Origin: Hydrolagus affinis
Taxonomy: Eukaryota
NCBI GenBank assembly: GCA_012026655.1
Contig: JAAILG010000199.1
Span: 62,001-126,000, forward strand
DNA: 64,000 nucleotides
Direction of reading: 5' to 3'
Shown here: positions 54,191 to 64,000 of the stretch, one piece after another
Numbering within the stretch: the stretch's first letter is position 1
How the letters are laid out: each line of letters starts with the position of its first letter
Notes under the pieces: generated by a model
What the model saw: only the letters and a program-made list of their open reading frames with translations
What the model was told of the DNA's origin: nothing
Databases searched by the model: none
Translations under genes and position numbers: made by a program

Positions 54191-56669
54191 ATGAGTGCAA
54201 CTTTGAAAACTGACAGATAATTTGGCCACCCCATCCTCAGATTCCATTTGTTTTGATGAAGGAACAGAAAAGGAATTCTGGATTCTGTATGTGATAAATG
54301 ATATGTTTTAATCTTTAACAACATGGTGAGTTTTCCTATTATCATATCTCATGAATGTTCAGAAGTGTCCTACTTATAGTAATTCAGCGATAACTGCTTT
54401 GTAATCGAATGCCTTCTACAATATGGAGCTGGGCTCCTCTACAGTGAGCAATGACATTAAAGTCAGTGATAAAAAATTATCTATGAAAACTGTACACTGC
54501 CAAGGGAACAATTTAGTGTACAATTAATTCAAAATGCTCTTTAAAAGAAAAACACATCTAATTCCACCAATAACTAATAAAGTAAGTTAGAGTATTGCTT
54601 GTTAATGAAGTCTTCATTGTACTAATGATCAGAAATTAAAACATCAAGCTAATTAGGTAGGCTACTTGCTAAATTGATTTGGAAAGCTTATGTCCCTAAC
54701 TTGATGTATGCCTTCTTTGTCCTGCATCTAACTTCATAGATAATAAAAATAATCCTTACATTGGTATAATGCCTTTCATGTCAGGAGGATGTCTCAAAGC
54801 ATTCCATGGGACAGGTTGTAACATGTAGTCAGAGCGTATTTTGTAGGCGAATGTCACATGTAATATAAATGTTTTTCACATTTCCTTGTTTGAAAGAAAC
54901 AAGATAAAGTTTCTCTTTCAAAATTATAACCTGCAAGCTGTATATTCCACAGGGGAAAATAATATTAAGATTGAAAGCACTGTCAGATCTTTCTGAGTGA
55001 AATGGTAAGTAATGAGAACAAGAACATATTCATTGAATATTTGTATCTCCTACCAGATAGACAGATCTGAAGTAAATTCCCACCAGTTGAAGTGTCATGT
55101 GAGTATTTTGAATGCAAGTTGAAGATGCTAAGACATAATTTCAATTCCATTAAATTCCTTTTGACATCCTGACAAATTCCTAGCTATCCAGTAGATAGAA
55201 TCTAGTATTTAGGGTAATGCTAAAATGATGGTCTAATTCAAATAAATCTGCGAGATTGGAAGGTATGTAAGCTTTGGCGCCATCACTGTCTGCCCTTCAT
55301 ATTCAGCTCAAGTTCAGATGCTCTTGTCAGGATTTTCAACATTATTCACAGATGCTCCATGTTCAGATTTTAACTCTTTCTCATGACTGAGAGCTATTGT
55401 GTTTCTAACCTTCAATTATGGGGATGAGTGCAAACAAAAGTCATCTCGTAGATATTTTCAATCCAGTAAATCAGTGGGATAAATCCTCATGAAAAGTGAC
55501 TTCTCTGCAACAATAAAAAAAATCTTCATAAAAAAAGTTTGACCTGTGGTAGTCGGGCTAAAAATATAAGTGTTTTCAGTGAGATAATTCTATCTTGTAA
55601 CTGAAAGTGGCACAGTTGGAGGTAATCCAACTATCTCTATATCTTTGTACCATAATTATCTTTGAATCTCATGAGTTGTTGCTTGAGATCAGTTTATCGC
55701 CTAAAGACCAAATTTTTTTTTAAAAAGGGCAAAGCTTGGAGAAGCTCTGTGTTGTATTCAGCAATTACCCAGTGAAGTCGAGGAGGTAAGGGACCAGGAC
55801 TATGTCAAGGAGCCACAATGAAGAAGGTATGCGATAGATCACGACAGAGATGCAAAGATTGCAATAGTCATAAAATGGATCTGAGTAGAAATGATACAGG
55901 ATCTGAGTCGAAGAGTCTCACAAATAAGAACACTTCTAATTAGTAACAATTGATCCTTGGGACTCTACTCATTTATTAAGGTTAATGCTAGCTATTTCGG
56001 GGCACCATAAATAGGTTGCAGCTTTTTAAAGTTTCACAGGGATAATTACTGGTACGTACAATGTGGATGCCTTGAATGGTAAAACATAAATCATTTTGAT
56101 TGCATTGTGGTATGGTATCTGTGTACCAAATAAGGTAAGAACATTTAGAAAGCGTTTGTTCTGCATTTCAGTGTGTAACAAATCGTTAGTTTGTATTTAA
56201 GCCTTTTCACTGTATTTATTCAGTCACCAAAACAGTTTTACACCTATTTTACATGGATGCCTGTTGTGACATACTTATAGGTGTTTACTGTTTGATAAAA
56301 TATATTCATTTAAAATGCAGTGAAACTCACATAAAACTAGGATGATGGAAAGATAGAAGTTGAGGAATTTATGTAATATACTATGGAAAATAATAAAGAT
56401 ACAAACTATAATACAGAGAACTGATTAGAATAAGAGCAAAAAGGAAGGAGCAGGAGAAAATTGGGTTACTATTCTGCAATTGCTGATGTTTCCACGTTCT
56501 CTTTGATGAGTGCTGTTGGTTGTGTTGCACTCTGCACGTATATTGATTAGTTTGTGGTTCAGGTGAGATGAGATGTTCAGTGTAGTTTGGATCACTCTAA
56601 TGAATCTGGAAATTACTAACTACCTAGAGTTGCTTTGCGTGGGAAGCTGTTGTTTCAATTTGAATAATT

Positions 56670-56785
56670 GCGATATGGAGAGGAAATTGTTTGGGAGGCA
56701 GAGTTGGAATAGAAGGGGTATTCTCTGAATGACACTCAGGAAGAAGTGATGTTCCCAAGAGATTAATGCTGAACCCTGAACTTTT
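56670..56785 (+). mobile_element. Decayed CR1 RT fragment
   Basis: RVGIEG.FSE...SDVP resembles the QRVxxxGxxSxWxxVxSGVPQG motif. Confidence 0.4.
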
Positions 56786-57149
56786 GGGGAACCAGCATGT
56801 ATAAATAATATCAATATAGGAATAGAGTGGACTGAGTGTATGTTTGCTGGTGACTTGCAAATTGTGAGGCAAGTTGTGCATAAAAGAGCAGGAAACTATT
56901 TACAGTAGATAGATTAAGCAAATTTATCACAAATCAGGAATCAATCGTAGAATCCTTCAGATTCATGTGCCTTAGATTCAGATCAAAGCATTGAAATTAT
57001 CAACTGAGCTATCGGGAATTTTTAAACAAAAATCTATTCTACCCTCTACTGTCTTTACTGTATCTAAGTTGTATTTACTAACATCAAATATAAATTGTTT
57101 ACTTTGCATATTTTAAACCACAACTGATTTTTGGTGATGAACAAAGATC

Positions 57150-57365
57150 GCAAGATTGGTTCAGATGAACCCGTGCCTTTGGCCTATCTGATCTCATTGA
57201 TCCAGAATACCCATCTTCTCAGCACAGCATCAAACTCTATCTTAAATGAGACCAGTGTCCTGGCCTCAACTTGTTCAACTCACTAATTACCCTCTGGAGT
57301 AAGAAATATTTCCATTCTGAAATAGCCATCTGCAGTTCGTAACCTTGTGTCCACTTGCTCTACTG
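57150..57365 (-). mobile_element. Old CR1 3' end
   Basis: Shares CCAGAATACCCATC, in reverse orientation, with the 12.3-kb CR1 tail. Confidence 0.55.
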
Positions 57366-59548
57366 CAGATGCATCCTAAAGTTTTATTTTTAAGTTTACT
57401 TCTTGAATCGCATTTAAGATGATGTTTAATAGCACCTTGAGGAGAATGGAAACAAGAGAAAATATGGATGTTATGGGAAGAATGATCATTATTATTGGTA
57501 CACAAGGAACATATTCACTTTATATTATATTCTGTGAAACGCTTTGAGACATCTCAAAGACGTGATAAGGTGCTGTATCAAATGCAAGAATTATTATTTA
57601 TTATTATATGCTCTAAGAGCAGCCTTGGTATTTCACAAGTGAAGAAATTACAGTACAGAAATACAGTGGAATTGTTGTCACTTGGAGACAACAAGCAATT
57701 TTTTTTTCAATCTTAGCATGATTCTTATGATTTAAGAGACTGCAGTGGCCATTGATCTGATCTTCTGGCACAACAATTATATTTAAGAGGCGTTTCTGTT
57801 TCTGTATCTGGGAGATTTTGTGTTCTTATAGGTTGCTACGGTGAGTCCTTAGCAACAAAGCAACCAATACCTACCACTTTCAACCATGAAGGATGAGGCC
57901 CCAAAGACACATATAGCTTAGTACAATGTTCCTTGCTTGCTACAGGAATCTGAGAGGTGCAAATGGACATTTTGCAAATGATCAATTCGCTTGAGGTGCT
58001 GCAGTCACAGAGGATAAACAGACATGGGAAGGAGTAAACACAAACGTGACAAAGATAATCAACTAAACAATACAAAATGAAAAACTTGTCATTTCCTTTT
58101 TTCTCTTATTCTAATCAGGTCTCTGCATTATAGTTTCTATCTTTATTATTTCATGTAGTATATTACATATTATTTTACCTCCAAAGGTTTTGAAACAATG
58201 CTAAAATATCATGAAAGGTTCCTTGAACAAAGAGAAAGGGAAGATTATGACAGGGGCATATTGGTAAGAACAGATTTCTGTGTGAAATCCAGGCATTTGC
58301 CAAATGGAGGTAAAATGATTAAACATCATATGGATAATAAAACTGTTGAACTGAAAGTCAAAAGTGTAATGCTAAACATTGAGATTTCAACAAAGAATCC
58401 AAGAAAAGGAGAGAATAAACTGAGGTAGAATTGATTCTGAAAAACAAATTAACTTATGACGAGCAAAAAGAATATGTAAAAGGGCTTCTCGGAGAAAATG
58501 GAAATCTTCAATAAAATAAAGGGAAACACTGAAAAACGACATTTTTAAAAATCATTTAGGCAGTTTAAATGAAAGCAATGAAATTCACAGTGATAATAAT
58601 ACTTTTTTGAGGAAAAGATTACCCTGCCTTTTACAATGGTCTTTGGGTTAAGATTAGCTTGAAATTGTATCATCCCAATTAATTGAGAGTGCCGGGTTCC
58701 ATTTTAATCCTTGTTCCATGATAAAACTCATGCTCCTCATTAAGCATGGCATTAGCTAAAAGTAGCAAGCAATTAACATCTGTGAATTGCAACGTGCAAA
58801 TCATGCAGGTACCAAAAATATACTGTATTTGTGTTTTCCCCACTGTCATGCTGTTACCAAAGTCTTTGCAATTGAGCACTTGAATTGCTGTTCTGTTTAT
58901 TGATTAAAGCTACGCTGTCAATTGCCTCTGTAGAATTCCTCAGTTTGGGCTAATGTTTTTTCCTTCCTTATAATTGAGTCTCCTGCAGGGACTCTCGGCT
59001 GTGTCTCCATGGAAGTTCTTGTCTAATGGTTAGATCAATTTTTGTTAACAGTGTAAAAACAAATGGTTACAATGACAAACTTTAGGGGCAGTTCTACATT
59101 AACCTGGTGCTGATTAGTTGCCTTCATACTTGCTGTAGATAACATTTATTCTTCATACTTAACACCCAACACTTACATTCTTAAATAATTCTGAATGCTT
59201 TGCAAATCCATTTTGTAACTAGCACTTTTTTGGGGGCCTCAATATGCCCATAACCCCATTTTGAAATTTGCTGCCAGGAGTTTGTGGACCTAGGCTATCA
59301 TTTTTCGCAAGGCAGAAATGTTGATGCCAAGTTCACCATCAGACTTTTTAAAAAAAATTGAAATATGTTATGTCAACAATACTGGTTACATCAGATCCTA
59401 GTGGTGTAACAGGAAAACTAATTGCCATGGTAATTGTTTTGAACTTTGAATTCTGGAACCTGACAGCAAATTTCAGAAAATGTGCAGCAGCAATTATCAT
59501 CACTGAGATTTCTGGAGCACATAAAAAATGTACTAAAGATCTGGAACT

Positions 59549-60810
59549 ACAATAACAACAACAACAACTTTGATTTATATAGCGCCCTCCATGCCGGACG
59601 GCGTCTCAGAGCGCTCCACAATAGTGGATCCCGGGACCGAGCCAGGGGCATGGGTAGAAAGGTGACCAAAGGTGCAGTCGAAGAGAAAGGTCTTCAGCTG
59701 GGACCTGAAGCTGAGAAAAGAGGGAGCGAGGCAATGGTAGTGAGGAAGGGAATTCCAGAGCCTTGGGGCGTGGTGGCTGAAGGCATGGCCACCGAGGGTG
59801 GAGCGGAGGATTTGGGGGACATGGAGGAGGCCAGACCCAGTGGAGTGAAGGCAACGGGAGCTGGTTTGAGGAGAGAGGTTAGAGAGACAGGGGGTGCAGA
59901 GGAGTGGAGGGATTTGAAGACAAGGGTGAGGATCTTGAAGTTGATCCTCTCTGGGATAGGGAACCAATGAAGTCTGGCAAGGACTGGGTAATGGGGGAGC
60001 GAAGTTTGGTGCGGGTGAGTATGTGGGCAGCAGAGTTTTGAATGCGTTGGGTTTTATGGATTGTGGTGGAGGGGAGACCGGCAAGGAGGGCATTGGAATA
60101 GTCCAGCCATGAGGTGACGAAGGCATGGACCAGGGTTTCAGCGGCTATTGGGTTGAAGTATTGCCGGAGACGGGCGATCCGTCAGAGGTGGGAGAAGGTG
60201 GTGCTGGTGAGGGACCAGATGTGAGGGAGGAAGGACAGTTGGGGGTCGAACTTGATGCCAAGGTTGCGCACAGGTTCAGAGAGTTTTAGTGGCAGACCAG
60301 GAAGGTGGAGGAGCTAACAGCCGTGCGAATGGAGACATTGATGAGAGCCAAAGAGTATGGCCTCCGTCTTGTCAACATTCAGCTGTAAGAAATTTGCGCT
60401 CACCCAGCTCCTGATATCTGACAGGCAGGCTGACAGAACATCAGGGGACTGGGGGTCACAAAGTGAAATGGAAAAATAGTGTTGGGTGTCATCCGTGTAC
60501 ATATGGAAGTGTGCCTCATGTCTGCAGATGACATCCCCAAGAGAGAGCATGTAGATGAGGAAAAGGAGGGGGCCAAGGATGGATCCCTGGGGCACCCCAC
60601 AGGTAACCGGGTGAGATCGGGAGGAAAAGCCGTTTGTGGAGATGCACTGCTGGCGGTTTGTGAGGTAGGACTCGAACCAGGCAAGTGCAGTCCCACTGAG
60701 GTGGATGACTGAGGACAGGCAGTGGAGGAGGATGGCGTGGTCGACTGTGTTGAACGCAGCGGACAGGTCCAGGAGGATAAGGAGGCAGAGGAAGCCCTGG
60801 TCGCAGAATG
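59549..60810 (-). mobile_element. L2 LINE, about 1.26 kb, 5'-truncated, with the RT domain
   Basis: ORF 60314-60817 has LLDLSAAFNTVDH, GVPQGSILGPLLF, YTDD (from YADD) and LQLNVDKTE, followed by an in-frame stop. (TTG)n tail. Candidate TSD TGGAACT at 59542-59548 and 60819-60825. Confidence 0.96.
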
Positions 60811-62564
60811 TAACCATGTGGAACTGGCATTTTCAAAACTGATTTCCATCAAATTCCTAATCAAATTTGAGGACTAAAAAAATTGAATTGGTGAACCATT
60901 TTAAAATCTGAAACATTTTGATGTGTATTGCTGTAAATCGACAGTTGGGTCCTTAAATTGTCTTGTAGCATTAGAAGAGGGAAATGGAAATCAAAACTGC
61001 ATGACGGTTTGCATACTTGCTTTGAAGAAGATTTTGTATGAATTTTATTTGCGATATGACCGAGCTCACTGAATTCTGCTCAAGATTTACAACTGTCATG
61101 ACAGTACATGATTAAGAAGAGCAAACTAAACTGGATGTGGTTCAATACAAACTGATTCACATGTATTCATACCGGTATATGATGTTTGGCTAGACAATAC
61201 ACAGCCATTATACTTGACGGTAAATCCTACAAAGCACTTTGGGACATTCTCCTGGATTAAAAGCTGCCATATCAAAATTCAATGAATGTTATTATTTTTA
61301 GTGTGATTTTAAACAGGGTAAATTGGCATGTGGTTGTTAAAAGCTAGCTAACATAGTCTGAAGACTTAATTTAGTACTTGTATTCTGGAGGCAACAAACC
61401 ATCCAAATCTTTTGTTATCAACCATATAACAGTAATCCTTATACATGACATATAACACCATGGCAAATTCCTAGGAATCGGAATATATCAAATACCTGTT
61501 ACTTTTCCAAGTGAAAGAGACACACCAACTGTTAGATACTGAATGCACATGTACATTTCCTTGAATTCTGCTGTAATTCACCTGCAGGGCTGCAGTTCTC
61601 CCTCTAATTTTCCCTCCTCACCTTATTGCAAATCATTGCACCTGCATTTAACATCTACTAACAAGGGCTAAATTGGGATTCTGGTTCTCATTCTGTTGTA
61701 CTGTGCTTCACTATAGCTATAAATGCCTTCAATAAAGATCTAAAATGTTACACCATTTTGATTTTTGCTTTTCAGCTCAAACTGCTCTTTCTGTAACCCC
61801 AGTAAATGGCACCTTGCTGTGAGAGGGGAATAAAATCTTCTGATCTCTGTTGTATCGTTCAAAATTGTGTGCCATAGCTTGCTCAACATGCCTCTTTCAT
61901 GCCATTTTCTACATTGCTTTGATTTAGAGGTCATGCACATGACCCAGAGCACATTGGATATATCATTGCTTGAGCTTTTGAATTGGCGAATTTTATACAG
62001 CCACTATACCAAATGTTGTCTTTCACAGATTCTTTCAGACCCTCAGCAGGAGAGACTCTGAAAAAAAAATGGCCTTGAATTATAACACAGTTCCAGAAAT
62101 GATTGAGAGCTCCTTTAAATAAGACAATTGCAGTAATCAGTTAAACTAAGTTGTAAGTGAATTAAAATATAAATTGGTACAATTTCGTTAACACCTTCTA
62201 AGCTTGTAACAAAAAGCAATCAATATGACTACAAAGGGATTTGTTGTTTTACGCCCCCCTTCTTTTTAGCTGCAAAAAATTTAAGAGTTTTCATATCAAT
62301 GCACAACAGTTGTAAGTATATCAGAACATGCTGAGAATGATTTCTCACTGCTGATAAAGCTGCGATAGCTGCTGTGATGCTGCCTTCATGTTTATCTTCC
62401 TGTATTGTCATATCAATAAGTAATGATCATTAATAGTTAATGGTTCATATGAGTTAATGTGAGGAGTAAACAGAAAATGCCAAGAAACTAATATGCAGAA
62501 CTTTCAAGAGGCACATTAATGAAAAATTGACTGAAAAAAAGATACTTGCCTTATAATAAATGCT

Positions 62565-62831
62565 AAACACAAAATACTACAGATGCTGGGAATCTGAAAC
62601 AAAAACAAAAGGTGCTGGGGAAACTCAGCAGGTCAAACAGCATCCATGGAGAAAGGAAAAAGAGTCAACGTTTCGGGTCTACAACCCTTCGTCAGGACTG
62701 GGGAAACCTCTCCCTCCAAACAAGCTCCAGTCCCAATGAAGGGTTGTAGACCCAAAACATTGACTCTTTTTCCTTTCTCCATGGATGCTGTTTGACCTGC
62801 TGAGTTTCCCCAGCAACCTTTTGTTTTTGTT
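62565..62831 (-). mobile_element. Non-autonomous Penelope-type fold-back element
   Basis: Inverted arms of about 105 bp and a one-sided tail of about 30 nt. Perfect 14-bp TSD TTATAATAAATGCT at 62551-62564 and 62832-62845. Confidence 0.88.
62663..62699 (-). ncRNA. Minimal type I hammerhead ribozyme motif
   Basis: Minus strand reads AGTC-CTGACGA-A-GGGT-TGTAG-ACCC-GAAAC-GTT-GACT. Stem I, the CUGANGA core, stem II, GAAA, palindromic AACGTT and an NUH triplet are all present. Confidence 0.7.
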
Positions 62832-64000
62832 TTATAATAAATGCTGCCTGATTTCGGTAAAATGCATGTAATCATAGAGGCAAGCAGATATATTTTTACC
62901 AAGCAAGGGTCTGGCACCTTATCAAAGAACAGGTACAGACAATTTCAGATAAATACATTGATGGTCCAAGTATAACATTGCAACTTACCAAACCACACCT
63001 GATCCACTCCCAATATCTAAAATATCTGAACAGAGCCAAACTGCAATGATGTCTGCACAGTAAATTGATTATTACAAACCAGAAAGAATGAAACAAAATT
63101 CTAACATTACAGGTGAAAATACAATAATGTAAGAATTCCACACTCTTACTATCTGATCTTAACATTGACTGGGGAGCAGATGAAATGCCTTTTCCTGTAA
63201 GCTGTGACTGATTTTAGTAGACAGTTCACACTGTGGAAATAAAGGACTTCTCATGAAATGAGGCAACAACAACAAAATCATATTTGTATAGAGCCTTTCA
63301 CGTCAGGAGGACATCCCAACGGGCTTGGCGGGAGGTAAATGAAGTTACAAAACTCTCCAAAATATCAGCTCACTACAGTATCAGACTGAAAATGATGTTC
63401 AAACTTCTCTTTGGTAGATTGGAGTTCGGGAGAAGTGTTGTCTACCTATTTGGGTTAAACAAATTAAAATTAGTTCAGTATTCTCAGTTATACAATACAA
63501 TGAGGCTGCTATTCTCAAGTTTGAGATAAATCCTCCAGTGGTGGAATGATGCAAAGGCTTTGTGTGATCGAACAATTGGGTTTGTCAGATTGATAGGCAC
63601 AGTAAGAATACCAGCGCTCCTGTTAACAATGATTCTTAGAAATGTTTAGAAAATAGAGAACTATTGAAATGGTGACCAGCAACAGAAAATTAAAAAACGT
63701 TCCATTCAGAAATTGTTTGAGCTAAGTAGACAATGGAATAGATAATATGAACCCTTAAACAGGAGACTATCAACCTGAAAGTGAGGTCTAATTTGTGATA
63801 TTTCTTAATGGAATGAATTAATGGTTCATTGACCCATGGGAACTCTGCCATACAAGTAGATTGTATTAGAGTGGTGTTAGTGTGAACCATGTCTTGCTAC
63901 TAGAACAAGTCTCCATTTATTCAATTTATAAAGGATTCCCATTATGAAAAAAGAAACACAAATTGGACTGCAATATTAACTTGTGCAAAGTGGGTGAAAA

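Noticed and set aside
59482-60864. Cluster of long overlapping ORFs as host genes
   Set aside because: All are sense or antisense frames of the GC-rich L2 copy, and the RT frame has a stop and a mutated YADD.

Overview
This is AT-rich eukaryotic (vertebrate) genomic DNA, either intergenic or intronic. The repeat complement points to a cartilaginous fish, possibly a chimaera; that assignment is inferred. The repeats are Deu-domain tRNA SINEs, L2 and CR1 LINE 3' ends, and Penelope-type fold-back elements. I recognise no intact host protein-coding exon, RNA gene or prokaryotic system. The ORF track is mostly chance ORFs plus LINE or LTR remnants. The window holds many 5'-truncated retroposon copies, two decayed Gypsy (Mag-like) fragments and a probable L1-type ORF1 fossil. 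Long repeat-free stretches look like conserved enhancer DNA and include two CTCF-like motifs. The three most notable structures are: (1) three TSD-flanked copies of a small non-coding element carrying a minimal hammerhead-ribozyme motif, two of them fold-backs, with an intact core at 62663-62699; (2) a 280-bp CpG-rich fold-back element with inverted 16-bp repeat arrays around a (CCCTAA)6 telomeric tract and a candidate 8-bp TSD; (3) a head-to-head SINE palindrome joined by a near-perfect hairpin. All coordinates were read by eye, and the edges of old repeats are approximate.
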